64,000 nt of DNA from IMG/VR virus record IMGVR_UViG_3300030098_003955. One strand, 5' to 3'. The notes beneath the pieces were generated by a model that was given only the letters and a program-made list of their open reading frames with translations, had not been told where the DNA came from and did no database searches. The stretch comes from a virus. A program made the translations under genes and the position numbers. Shown here in pieces: positions 22,148 to 32,469 of this stretch. How positions within the stretch are numbered: the stretch's first letter is position 1; each line of letters begins with the position of its first letter.

Positions 22148-24636
22148 TATTGATAACCTCTGACATATAATGTTTCTGAGCCAGTGCCACTAGCAAAAGG
22201 CTTGACAAACAATGTTGTATTCGATGTTACTGCTGCGTGACCACTTGTGGCCAGATTCATGTTACTGTTTCTTCCCAATGTTCCAAATCCATGCATTGAA
22301 GATCCACCAAAGATGTTTATATGCTTTAAGAATAAGTTCATATTGTCATTTGCACTGTAAACACCAGAGTTCCTAACCAAAAGATTTAAGCTGTTATTAA
22401 CGGGCTCATTAGATCTAAGGTATAGAGGTATGTTGGAGACTGGCTGCAATCCTTTGATAAACAACAGTCTGTAGTCTTGGAACCCAGCACCACCAACATT
22501 TGGCAGTACCATGTTCATGGCTCCACTTATACTTCCAGAAGATCTATCAGCGTTACTCAAGTAAAGAGGAGCTGTGTTGAAGAGAGAAGGAACCAAGTCC
22601 TTTCCAGCTTGCAGCATAAGATTTACACTAGCAGCCCTCGAACTAAGGACCTCGCTTCTCTTTAAGAACAGCTGTAGTGTTCTTATCTCAACACCACCAA
22701 TAGTAAATAGGTTTGCGCTGTTGGATGTGTTTATAGTGGGGACGCCAGAAACATGACCTGTGCCACTATGCCCGAGAGAGGTAAGTGGAAATGGATTGTA
22801 TAATAACAAGTCCATGCTTTGGGCGGCGGTAGTAGCATTTACAAAAAGGTCTGTACTACCACTCGAAGAAACTGCGCTAGCCCCAAATGTTTTGAGGGTT
22901 AAAGAAGGCGAAAGCTGTCCTGTATTTTGGAAATCTCCACTAGCTGTGTTGAAAGAATAAAAACGATCATAGGAAGAAAATCTTACTTTGCTCGAATATA
23001 TTTTGAACTCGCCGTCGAAGTAAGAACCAGTATCTTCATAAAATACGCTAAGGTTAAGCTTGTGCTCTTCAAAGAACTCCTTGTAGCTTAAAGACTTTCC
23101 GCCTTGGAAATATAAATCATCTGCAAGGACCCCAGAAAAAGTAACTAATTCTGGAAATCCTGAAGGGATTAATGCTCCGCCTCTCCATCCCTTTACCTTT
23201 CTTATACCACTGACGGCAGCTGCGTTTTCTCTAAACCTAGTAGCAGAATGTGGAATGAATCGCATATTCCTCTGATAGCTATTATCGTTCTCATTTTCAA
23301 ACGTAGCTAAAAGTATAGCCCCACTAGGGTGATTTGTTCTATTCTCTACATGGATGTCTATGAATACATCTTTGACTTGATGTAGATTTGCATGTGCGCT
23401 TTTTATAGGGAAAGATATTTGAGAGGAAATGGCATGGGTTGAATGACCCCAAATATCGAAAGCTCCTCCAGCGGCACCTTCTGAATTTGTGCCATCAATC
23501 TCCAGCATGACATGAGTTTTATCTTTGGCGTCAAAAGCTCTACTAAATCCAGCTTGAGCTATTGCACCACTACCCGGAGTAGTGACCTCTTCATCTATAA
23601 ATGTAGGAAGAGCAAAGTGAGAATCATAAAAGCTTTTAACTTCATTAGAAGTCATAGATCCGCTAGCAAGACCAAGCTCATCAACAAATCCAACAAAGCT
23701 ATTTTCTACAATGTTAAACTCACTTCGTCCTAGAACGATGTTGGTAGTGTTGTTTCCAGCGGTTCTTGAAAATGATGGACTTCTACCTTCAAGCTGTCCA
23801 TTCACATATAGCTTAAGTCTACTATCACCAGATGCGTAAGTAGTAACCATATGGATTGGGTAGGCATACTGCTCAAACTTCTTAGTACTAGTGACTACAA
23901 TCGGAGTATTTGTTCCGGCGACGCTTGTGTCTGTTCTAGCAAAGAATCTACCCTCGTCATTACATCCCATAATCAAGATTGCAGGATCTTCTTTATGCTG
24001 ACTAAGGAAGGTGGTGCCTGTTATATTTCCACTAGGAGTGAACTTTACATATCCAGTGAACTCTCCGCCGCCGGTCGCTGGCAAAGCAGCGCCGCTACCA
24101 AGAACGACCCTAGAATCATCCCTCAGCAATAAGGACCTTTGCTTGACTGCATTATTTCCTATTTGCTCTACTGTAGCACCAGCTTTATACCATTCAGCGT
24201 TGCCTTGGACTGTGAAGCTGACAGTACTTCCAGATCCAGAGCTACTACAAGTACCATCGCCGAGATCGCCATCACTACTACCATCGTATGATGGAGGGCT
24301 TGCTGTACATTCAGCATGGTCAGCACACTCATCAGATTGACGACTCCATTCTCCCGGCGGTTCATTCCATTGATAACTAGCTTGATAGCTAGAGCAGTTG
24401 TCGCCCTGTGGAGCATTGCTATTAGGTGTGGATACTACAGGCTTTCCGCCACGAACACCACTACCTTCAAAGGGTAAATATAATAAGGAGAACTTACTGT
24501 TCTTAAAGTCCCTGTCGGCACTTCCTCTCCAATATCCGTAGTCCAAGTGCGTACCGCTCGGGAAAACGGCATTGTCTTGCTTATATGCGACCTTGCCGTT
24601 TATTACCAGCGAAGCATTATTATTAATCTCTGCCAC
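22147..24636 (-). CDS. Virion protein with a LamG/concanavalin A-like domain
   Basis: HMVTTY...LKLYVNGQLEG...IVLGRS...FVGFVDEL is the LamG-like jelly-roll signature. The C-terminus has short xNLFxx repeats. GTG start directly after the tape measure. Confidence 0.75.
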   Translation of the reverse strand: MAEINNNASLVINGKVAYKQDNAVFPSGTHLDYGYWRGSADRDFKNSKFSLLYLPFEGSGVRGGKPVVSTPNSNAPQGDNCSSYQASYQWNEPPGEWSRQSDECADHAECTASPPSYDGSSDGDLGDGTCSSSGSGSTVSFTVQGNAEWYKAGATVEQIGNNAVKQRSLLLRDDSRVVLGSGAALPATGGGEFTGYVKFTPSGNITGTTFLSQHKEDPAILIMGCNDEGRFFARTDTSVAGTNTPIVVTSTKKFEQYAYPIHMVTTYASGDSRLKLYVNGQLEGRSPSFSRTAGNNTTNIVLGRSEFNIVENSFVGFVDELGLASGSMTSNEVKSFYDSHFALPTFIDEEVTTPGSGAIAQAGFSRAFDAKDKTHVMLEIDGTNSEGAAGGAFDIWGHSTHAISSQISFPIKSAHANLHQVKDVFIDIHVENRTNHPSGAILLATFENENDNSYQRNMRFIPHSATRFRENAAAVSGIRKVKGWRGGALIPSGFPELVTFSGVLADDLYFQGGKSLSYKEFFEEHKLNLSVFYEDTGSYFDGEFKIYSSKVRFSSYDRFYSFNTASGDFQNTGQLSPSLTLKTFGASAVSSSGSTDLFVNATTAAQSMDLLLYNPFPLTSLGHSGTGHVSGVPTINTSNSANLFTIGGVEIRTLQLFLKRSEVLSSRAASVNLMLQAGKDLVPSLFNTAPLYLSNADRSSGSISGAMNMVLPNVGGAGFQDYRLLFIKGLQPVSNIPLYLRSNEPVNNSLNLLVRNSGVYSANDNMNLFLKHINIFGGSSMHGFGTLGRNSNMNLATSGHAAVTSNTTLFVKPFASGTGSETLYVRGYQ

Positions 24637-24650
24637 AAGAAGGTTCCCGA

Positions 24651-27600
24651 CTAGGTTTGAACGTTAGTTTCGATTGTTTTACTGCGTCTTTTGCCAATCA
24701 CCTCTGAATCTCTGCCGAGTTTAGGGAAGTGCTTCTTGAGCATTGAATTAATACCCTGTCTGACCTTACCGGCAGCTATTTCTCCAATCGCTCCCTCAGC
24801 TTCGCTCAGCCACTCAGCTCCATTGAGATGGACATCTACATTTATTGTACCACCGACATCCACGCTAAATCCTCCTCTAAGGACATCACTTAGTCTGTCA
24901 ATTTGTACAGAGAATCTTTGTATGCTTTTGTCAAACTGAGATGCGTCTATCATCGCTACTCCGCCGCCACTGACTGTGTCGCCGTCATGATAGTACCCAT
25001 TTCCTCCACGACGCTTGGTTCCAGCACGACCCATGTTGTTTATGCTTCTTAAAGTTGAAACACCAACAGCATCTACTGCGGCTTTTCTTACAACGAACTC
25101 TCCGGGAGTAAGCATAGCTGGAACAGTGTCAGTACCTCTACGGATGAATGCTCCAGTGCTTGCGTAGATCATACCTCCTGCATATCTACTTGTTACCGAT
25201 TCTGCTTGATTTCTTCTTTCCTCTGCCTTTTGGTTGGCTATGGTTTCAGCTTCTGTACGAGCTTCCGACAATTTCTGATTTGCTTCATTTATCTCCACTT
25301 GTAAAGTATTCAGCGACCCTGTAATAGCATCAAGCGCATTGTTTGCGTTGGTCACAGCTTCTCCAAAGCTTGACATAGGACCTAATGGTATTCCTGACAG
25401 GGCTGCGCTCAATTCTTCAAAACTCATACCAGACTCAAGCATCCTATCTAAGGTATTAGCGCTAATTCCAGCAGCTAAAGCCTCTTCGCGAATTGCTGCT
25501 GCATTTCCCTCTCTCGTAGCTGTACCAGCCATGATCGAAGCTTGCAAGACATCTCCAAGCATGTCGTCATCAAACTCTCCCATATTAGCGAACCTAGTCC
25601 TGAATTCTTTGATGATTTGAGCTCCTAGCTCAGTGTCGCCAAAGGTTCTCTTCATTTGTTCTTCAATTGCTTGTGCTACTTTTTGTCTTCCTGTTTCTGT
25701 ATCTACTTCTGCATCGCTCAAGCCAAAGAACTGACCTATTCTATCAATAATCTGAGTTGTTCCTCCCTCGTCTACTAAGTCTTCCATTTTTAATCCAAAC
25801 TCTTCACCAAAGAACTTGAATAAGTTTTGAGAGGCTCCAATTCCTGTAGCGTCAGAGTCTTCTAGATTTCTAATTCCTTTTATCATGTCCCTTTCTTCTG
25901 CCGTCATTCCAGAAGTACCAATTCTTTTTATTAAATTCCTTCCGCTCTCTGTGTTAATCTTGTCAAATTCAGCTGTAGTTAGTTTGAAGTCACTTCTAAT
26001 CTTATTGGCCGCATCCCGATTGGACTCCGCAGCTTTCAAATTTACCTCAGCGGTTCGTTGTTCTTGTTCTAGCCTTCCCTTCTGAGCCTCTAGCATAATC
26101 TTCTTGAGCTCTGCTAAAAACGTAGCATTTTGGTTAGCTATGACTTTATTCATATCATCAAGAGCTTGTCCTTGTAGCTCTGCTAATATCTTCGCAGCTT
26201 CTTCCCTATCTTTGAGGACATCTCTGATTTCCCTCATGATGTCAACTTCTGTCTTAGAAGCTTCAAACAAAGCCTTGGCTTGACTTTCAAGCATGGCAGG
26301 ATCAGCTTGTCCTGCATACCTTCTTTGGAACTCAGAGATCATGAGCTGTTCAGCTTCTTTGCCTTTGCCTTGAGCTCTCAGGAAGCCAATTACATCTTTT
26401 TGTCTTTCTCTAGAAAGTCCAGCCAGACTTCCTGTTTCTTGAGTTCTTCTTGTGGCAAGAGCAGTCCTGATAGCCCTATTTGAACTACTAGCATCACCAA
26501 ACATGATGTCTTCTGCCATCGAGCCTTTTGCTTCTCTTTCTTTTCTAGCTTTAGAAAGACGTTCTTGTAGCTGGGCCAGCAGTTCTGTGGAGCTCTTATA
26601 ATTTTCTAAAACCTGAGTAAGACTTTGGAACTCACTTCTTAAGGTCTCTGACTCATCTAGAAGTGCTCTTTGTTCTCTTATCTGGTCTACATTTAATCCG
26701 CCGCCTTGGTCTGATTGCAGTTGCGCAAGTTCATTAAGCCTGTTAGCTATTTCTCTCATCCTGTCTCTGTTTGCTCCAGCGGCAGCTCCAACAGAGGAAA
26801 GACCGGCGCCAGAACCAAGACGAGTATTTGATAGCAAAACATTCTGTCTTCTCTCAAAATCTGCTTGAGGTTGTCCAGCAGCAATCGAGCCTCCAGTCAT
26901 TTCTCTTATTATTTTTGCATTGTCTTGCTGTACGCTTACGACTGCTCCAAGCGCCTTAATATATTTTTGCTCAAGGTCAGTCCTTTTCTTAAGTGCCTGA
27001 GCTAACTGTGCGTTCTGTTTGCTGATTATCTCTCTCATTGTATTAAAGAGATCTACTGCTATAGTTCCGGGCAATCCTTCTATTAACTTTTTAGTAGCAC
27101 CTTCTATGTCAGCATCTACAAACTCTTTCAGCGTTTTCTTTGCTCCGTCTGCGTCATTAGCCATGTTGCCAAGCTTAGCACTAAACGCATCTAGCTGAGC
27201 CTGAACCTCTGGAAGGCTTATGTCAATTCCTGCTTTTTTAAGTCTCTCTTCTAACTTTTTCCGAACGACATCTTCAATTTCTTCACCTTCACCAAGCTGG
27301 GTAAGAGAAGCATCTGAAATTATATTTTGCAAGTCTGACTGAACAACATCAGCTATACCAGCAGTGACACCGGCGGCAGTTCCTATGCCGCCCATGACGG
27401 AGGCGCCTCCAATCGTAGAGGTGGCCTGAAAGCCTGCCATTATACCGGCGCTTTGTCCAATCATTCCACGCTTGGTAACATCTAATTTGACAAACTTACC
27501 TAAAGAAAGAGAAGCGTTATCGGCAGTTGCACTTAAGTTGTCCAGTGCGGTTTTCTGTATGTCTAGTGACTTGGAATAATTTTCTAAAGCTGAGAATAGA

Positions 27601-30600
27601 TAGTTCATACTAGACCTAAGAGTGTTCATCTTAGCTATAGTATCTGCCATGTCTTTCGTTCGTTGGTTTGCTAAGGCTTGGGCTTTTATCTGATCCATAT
27701 ACTGCTTTTTAAGCCTATGGAATGGTATGCCCTGCATCAATGCAAGTTGTCTAACTGCATTTTCGGCATTAGTCGCAAACAAAGCTTGAGCCTCTGCGGC
27801 AGTACGACCGCCACTTGCAACATCTTTTACTAATTTATCTAGACCAGCAACAGTCCCCTTGATGACTTCAGTTCTGGCTTTCAGTGCATTCTGTCTGTCC
27901 TCATCATTAGTTACCTGATATAGTCTTTCAGCTGTACCAGCCAAAGTTCGACCAGCTTGTACTACGTAAGAGCCTGCCTCTATTCCACCAGCTTCAAAAG
28001 CTTTGGTAGCTGAGTTAAACGCATTTATCATAGAGTCAAATTTGAATTTATTTTTAGCGGCATTAATTTTTTCTGCTACCGTGCTAGCAAAATTCGCAAG
28101 CTCTGCAAGAGCCATGATCCAACCAACTGGACCCATAAAGGCAAAGATAAGAACCTTGAGTCCCGTCTTGATCGCCTCGCCCACTTTAACCATAGTTTCG
28201 GCTTGCATTTGAATGCCTAAGAAGGTGCTTGTTGTCTGCCCTTCTTCTAAAGCTTTCTGTCCTTTTTTGGACATCTTACTACCAGCCGCATAAAGAGCAG
28301 CAAAAGCTATAACAGCAGCTCCAACCCCAGCAGCTAATCCGATTAATGGCCCGACTGCCCCAGCAGCAGCAGATGTGAATGCACTGCCAGCCTTTGTCAG
28401 CCCTGAGCCGAGCGGCCCTAAACCTTTACCAAAGTTCGACATCTTAGTGCCAACATTAGTAAGGCCTCTACCAATTGAGGTAAATTTTTTGCTCAAGGCT
28501 ACGGCTGCTGGATTAGCTGCCATAGCAGCGCTCGGTGCGGCTGCTCCCCCTGCCAGACCTGCCATTGACTGATGTTTCATTGCCGTCAAAAAGCCAGTTT
28601 TTCCACCGAACTTACCGCTAAGCGCACTCGCTATAGCCTCTTTCTGCTTCGCGACAATTAACAAGCCTGTGGCAATTCCGAGAGCTCCAAACAACTTAAT
28701 GTTTTCAGCAATCGACTCATTTTGGCCAGATATACTGTCAACTACATTAGAGGCACTATCTGCCAGAGCTTGGAGAACAGCAGGCAACATAGTGAAAATA
28801 AATAACGCATTGGTGAGCTTACCCATCATTCCACCAATGCCACCCGTACCACCACCAACAGGTCCAGCACTTCCAGTATTGAATCCAACAATACCACCTT
28901 TATTGAACCTAGCAGCTCCATGCCTGTTCATTCGTGAAAGGTTGCCATAGCCAATACTTTTAGCGGACTTTGCATTGACTACAAATTCGCCGGGAGTCAA
29001 AAGGGCAGGGACGCTATCAGAGCCATAGATACCACCACCTGTATTTTTTGTTTTCCTTTTTGATCTTAGTGCGGTCGTTCGACGTTGAATTGCGCTTCTA
29101 AAAAGACCTTGATTGACCCCTTTTTTAATAACATCTTGTGCAGCTTTGTTGGTGCCGGAAAGCTTGATGTCTGTATAGGGCTGTATGTCCTCCTTAGTGT
29201 ATTGGCCTAGTGAGGCATTAATAAGGTCAAAGTCTCTATTTCCCGGTTTGTCGGCTTTTGAAATAGCAATAACGTAGTCTTCAAATAACTGACCCATACC
29301 TTGGCTAAATTTTTTGCCCATGGTAAGGCCCATAGCATTGCCTTTGGCTCTTTTAGAACTCTTGCTTAATTTTTTTCTACTTTTTATGACAGTGCTTTCT
29401 ATTGGGTCTTCTGCCATTTTTTTGAAGCCTTCGCTTCTTGTGAATTGAGATACATCCACTGGGGCAGTAAACCTAGTCGCGGGAGCAAGTGTTTTAAGTC
29501 TTTTTATAGCAGTAGTTTGTCTGACTTTATCAATCGAAACACTTGACTTATTAAAGTCTCTAGGGTCGCCATCTCCTGTCTTACGAATAAGCATCCCAAG
29601 GCTGTCATTCAATTTTACTTTGTTACCAGCGCTGTACTTGTTCATAGCATGAAGACGCTCAGTGCCTATCGACTGAACGGCACTCTTTCTAAGAACAAAC
29701 TCTCCGGGAGTTAAGACTGCTGGAACGCTATCAGTGTTGCCACTTCCGGGAACGACGCCACCCCTATTAAACCCAAGCATCTTCCCGAAGCCTTTAGCCG
29801 CAAATCTACCAGCCATACCTACAGCAAGCATACCAATGACAGGTATCAAAGGACTAAGAGCATCAGCAACTTTGATAGCCGCATTGGCTATCTTAATCAT
29901 CATGTCTACAAAGACTTGGAATCCTTTAGTCGCAGTGATTGTTCTAAAGAGTTCCTTGACTGTTTCTGTTAGTCTTTGCATCCTAACTATGGTAGCCTTC
30001 TGGGCTGTCTGCGCGTCCCTATCTAAAGAACCAGACTCGGCCATGGCAACAGCTCTAGCTTTCTCCGCTTCAGAGAATTGCTGAATCATAGGGATAACTT
30101 TAGAAACCTGACGGAAACCACCAAGTTGTTCAATAATCATTGAATACCTGATGTCTCTAGGATCTAAAGAAGCCAAAGCAGCATTAAGCCTTCTAACAGC
30201 GTCATAAGAACCAACAAACTTTCCGTCAAGACCTTGAAGCTCAACCCCAAATTGCCTCAAGAATTTAATTGTTGTCGGTCTCTGTAAACGTGTAAAGATA
30301 GTCCTAAAACCAGTAGCAATGGTTTCAGCAGTTTCACGAGTGGTCGAACGCACGGATGTGAATAAAGCTATGAGCTCTTCTACACTACCGCCAGCAGCTC
30401 TAAATGCACCACCAGCACGCTTGATAGCAGTACCAATGTCAGATGCCTCAACAGCAAATTGACCAGCCACAGCATTAATCTGCCCAAGAACTCTATCAAG
30501 GCCAGATGCTTCAATTTTGAATTGCCTCATTACGGCAACCGCAGTTTCAGCTGTATTTTTAATATCATCAAAAGTAGGTGCTAGCGTTGTTTTGGCCAAA

Positions 30601-31115
30601 GCTTGCATCGCTATTCTGGTATCGTTTGCACTTAAACCAGTTTGCGCCAAAATTCTAGTGACATCTACTAATGAGGATGACGAAACCCCAAGACCTGTAC
30701 TTATATCACTAATGGATTTTTGTAGACCTTGCAGTTGTTTTACACTTTTGCCCGTAACCTGAGAGACTTTTATCATTTGTCTCTCAAATTGAAGTGCTGC
30801 ACTAGTGGCATCAGAGATACCTCTAGTCATAATTCTTATTGCGGCGTATGCTAATTGAGTTCTAAGAGCGTAGAAAACAGCACCCTTAAGCTGTTTGCCA
30901 AACTTGTTCATCGCTCCCGCTGCTTGATTTGCCTGCTTAGCTACGTTGGAAGTTTGGTTAGCGGTGTTCTTTAATTGCTGATTAGCCTTACCAGAATTGA
31001 CGTTTACATTTACATTTAACTGATTTTGCAATTGCTGTCTAATTTGCGTTGCAAATCTAGTTAATTGAGGTGCTTGGAAATTCACCTGTGCTGTCAATTG
31101 AAATGGTTGCGCCAT
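24651..31115 (-). CDS. Tail tape measure protein, 2154 aa, with internal repeated modules and an insert
   Basis: TP901-type tape-measure N-terminal region (FERQMIKVSQVTG...LAQTGL...), long Ala/Gly-rich and coiled-coil tracts, hydrophobic segments and three DxVPAxLTPGEFV modules; follows the tail tube and chaperone genes. Confidence 0.93.
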   Translation of the reverse strand: MAQPFQLTAQVNFQAPQLTRFATQIRQQLQNQLNVNVNVNSGKANQQLKNTANQTSNVAKQANQAAGAMNKFGKQLKGAVFYALRTQLAYAAIRIMTRGISDATSAALQFERQMIKVSQVTGKSVKQLQGLQKSISDISTGLGVSSSSLVDVTRILAQTGLSANDTRIAMQALAKTTLAPTFDDIKNTAETAVAVMRQFKIEASGLDRVLGQINAVAGQFAVEASDIGTAIKRAGGAFRAAGGSVEELIALFTSVRSTTRETAETIATGFRTIFTRLQRPTTIKFLRQFGVELQGLDGKFVGSYDAVRRLNAALASLDPRDIRYSMIIEQLGGFRQVSKVIPMIQQFSEAEKARAVAMAESGSLDRDAQTAQKATIVRMQRLTETVKELFRTITATKGFQVFVDMMIKIANAAIKVADALSPLIPVIGMLAVGMAGRFAAKGFGKMLGFNRGGVVPGSGNTDSVPAVLTPGEFVLRKSAVQSIGTERLHAMNKYSAGNKVKLNDSLGMLIRKTGDGDPRDFNKSSVSIDKVRQTTAIKRLKTLAPATRFTAPVDVSQFTRSEGFKKMAEDPIESTVIKSRKKLSKSSKRAKGNAMGLTMGKKFSQGMGQLFEDYVIAISKADKPGNRDFDLINASLGQYTKEDIQPYTDIKLSGTNKAAQDVIKKGVNQGLFRSAIQRRTTALRSKRKTKNTGGGIYGSDSVPALLTPGEFVVNAKSAKSIGYGNLSRMNRHGAARFNKGGIVGFNTGSAGPVGGGTGGIGGMMGKLTNALFIFTMLPAVLQALADSASNVVDSISGQNESIAENIKLFGALGIATGLLIVAKQKEAIASALSGKFGGKTGFLTAMKHQSMAGLAGGAAAPSAAMAANPAAVALSKKFTSIGRGLTNVGTKMSNFGKGLGPLGSGLTKAGSAFTSAAAGAVGPLIGLAAGVGAAVIAFAALYAAGSKMSKKGQKALEEGQTTSTFLGIQMQAETMVKVGEAIKTGLKVLIFAFMGPVGWIMALAELANFASTVAEKINAAKNKFKFDSMINAFNSATKAFEAGGIEAGSYVVQAGRTLAGTAERLYQVTNDEDRQNALKARTEVIKGTVAGLDKLVKDVASGGRTAAEAQALFATNAENAVRQLALMQGIPFHRLKKQYMDQIKAQALANQRTKDMADTIAKMNTLRSSMNYLFSALENYSKSLDIQKTALDNLSATADNASLSLGKFVKLDVTKRGMIGQSAGIMAGFQATSTIGGASVMGGIGTAAGVTAGIADVVQSDLQNIISDASLTQLGEGEEIEDVVRKKLEERLKKAGIDISLPEVQAQLDAFSAKLGNMANDADGAKKTLKEFVDADIEGATKKLIEGLPGTIAVDLFNTMREIISKQNAQLAQALKKRTDLEQKYIKALGAVVSVQQDNAKIIREMTGGSIAAGQPQADFERRQNVLLSNTRLGSGAGLSSVGAAAGANRDRMREIANRLNELAQLQSDQGGGLNVDQIREQRALLDESETLRSEFQSLTQVLENYKSSTELLAQLQERLSKARKEREAKGSMAEDIMFGDASSSNRAIRTALATRRTQETGSLAGLSRERQKDVIGFLRAQGKGKEAEQLMISEFQRRYAGQADPAMLESQAKALFEASKTEVDIMREIRDVLKDREEAAKILAELQGQALDDMNKVIANQNATFLAELKKIMLEAQKGRLEQEQRTAEVNLKAAESNRDAANKIRSDFKLTTAEFDKINTESGRNLIKRIGTSGMTAEERDMIKGIRNLEDSDATGIGASQNLFKFFGEEFGLKMEDLVDEGGTTQIIDRIGQFFGLSDAEVDTETGRQKVAQAIEEQMKRTFGDTELGAQIIKEFRTRFANMGEFDDDMLGDVLQASIMAGTATREGNAAAIREEALAAGISANTLDRMLESGMSFEELSAALSGIPLGPMSSFGEAVTNANNALDAITGSLNTLQVEINEANQKLSEARTEAETIANQKAEERRNQAESVTSRYAGGMIYASTGAFIRRGTDTVPAMLTPGEFVVRKAAVDAVGVSTLRSINNMGRAGTKRRGGNGYYHDGDTVSGGGVAMIDASQFDKSIQRFSVQIDRLSDVLRGGFSVDVGGTINVDVHLNGAEWLSEAEGAIGEIAAGKVRQGINSMLKKHFPKLGRDSEVIGKRRSKTIETNVQT

Positions 31116-31126
31116 CTTACACCTCT

Positions 31127-31177
31127 AAAAAAAATGGGCATACCGATAGCGCAGTTAACTCGCTAACGATATACCCA
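31127..31177 (-). terminator. Long intrinsic terminator-like hairpin directly upstream of the tape measure gene
   Basis: Minus strand TGGGTATATCGTTAGCG-AGTTAACTG-CGCTATCGGTATGCCCA followed by T8: a ~17-bp stem with two G:U pairs and one mismatch. Confidence 0.7.
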
Positions 31178-31190
31178 CTTTCCAAGTTTA

Positions 31191-32105
31191 CTATTCGGGA
31201 TTATTTGTTGCCGTCTTTTTAGGAGGACGACCTCTCCTTTTCTTAGGTTCCTTTATCTCCGTCTCCTCTGCTTCAGCTTCAGCTTCAGCTTCTTCTGAGT
31301 TTGGAGGCGTAACTTCTTTTCCATCTTCATCTAGAAATGGAACAAAGTCCATCTTGTAACGAAGCTTGTCATCTAATTCAATACCGTCGTGAGAAAGAAG
31401 CTTTCCATCTTCATCTACTCGATATCCAAGCTCGTTCACCCTTTCTCCATCTCTGTTGACTAAATTGCCATCCTCATCAATCAACCTTAGTTCGTCATCT
31501 ACAAACTTGTAATCTGAAAGGAAAGTATTCTCAGGTAAATTCTTTTCAAAGTTTGCGTCCAAGCCGTATAGCCGTTCGGCTAAAACTCTAGCGGCTTCAA
31601 CTACATAAGGAGTTCCTGTGTCGTTTTCATAGTCTTCTTGGCTTTCAAATAGTTTTTCACCATTCTCATCAAGAATACATGCAAAGCAAAGATAATTAAA
31701 TCTAGCATTGTCCGCTTGTCCTTCTGCGGTACTGCTATCCATCTGTGTACGTTCTGCAATGAGATTCCTAAACTCGGCTCTTGAGTCCCTCATCTCTAAT
31801 GCTATTTGTTTTGCTTCAGAAAGCTTAATACCACCTGAAGCAATCTTTTTCTCGTTATCATTGATGCTTGTGAGTATTTCTTGGTATCTGGTTTCTTTTT
31901 CTTGACTCCAAACACCTTGCTCAATTAAAACATCATCGAGTTTTCTTCTCAACACAGCGCCTGACTGTATTGCGTCTCTAAAAGTTCTGTTGTAAGCTAG
32001 CTGTGATTCTTTAGATACTTTGGAATTTGGCAACTGAATATATACAGTTACCTTCTTTCCATCATTATCATTAGATTCGACCTTAATTCGTTCCGGCATC
32101 TTCAT
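31191..32105 (-). CDS. Putative tail assembly chaperone
   Basis: Lies between tail tube and tape measure; CILDENGEKLF motif typical of tail chaperones; acidic DEDG repeats; C-terminal KKRRGRPPKK. Confidence 0.6.
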   Translation of the reverse strand: MKMPERIKVESNDNDGKKVTVYIQLPNSKVSKESQLAYNRTFRDAIQSGAVLRRKLDDVLIEQGVWSQEKETRYQEILTSINDNEKKIASGGIKLSEAKQIALEMRDSRAEFRNLIAERTQMDSSTAEGQADNARFNYLCFACILDENGEKLFESQEDYENDTGTPYVVEAARVLAERLYGLDANFEKNLPENTFLSDYKFVDDELRLIDEDGNLVNRDGERVNELGYRVDEDGKLLSHDGIELDDKLRYKMDFVPFLDEDGKEVTPPNSEEAEAEAEAEETEIKEPKKRRGRPPKKTATNNPE

Positions 32106-32469
32106 CTCCTTCTAAACTTTTAACTGGGATAGTCATCTCATATCTACGCCAGTTAATATCATAATTAGCAAATTCTCCTTCTAAGTTCCTAGACTGGTTG
32201 TTACCCTTGTCTAAAATCTCAGACCTTATTTGAGAGAACTGTTCTCTCATATGTTCCTGCTCTGGAGTTAAGGCTTCTTCTGAGCCGTAGCCCCACAGAA
32301 AACCAAAATGTTTTTCTATGATACTAAGAGCGCCTATCATAGTTGTCTCAATTTTCTTTTGAGAGATTTTGAGAAGGCGGTCTTTTGAAATTTGCTTGTA
32401 TCTTTCCTCTCTTGTTTCCTTGTAGTCTTTAGACTTTCTTATTAAGTCTTGATACTTTTCCATATCCAT
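32083..32469 (-). CDS. Hypothetical protein (tail assembly region)
   Basis: 128-aa ORF coupled to both neighbours. Confidence 0.7.
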   Translation of the reverse strand: MDMEKYQDLIRKSKDYKETREERYKQISKDRLLKISQKKIETTMIGALSIIEKHFGFLWGYGSEEALTPEQEHMREQFSQIRSEILDKGNNQSRNLEGEFANYDINWRRYEMTIPVKSLEGDEDAGTN

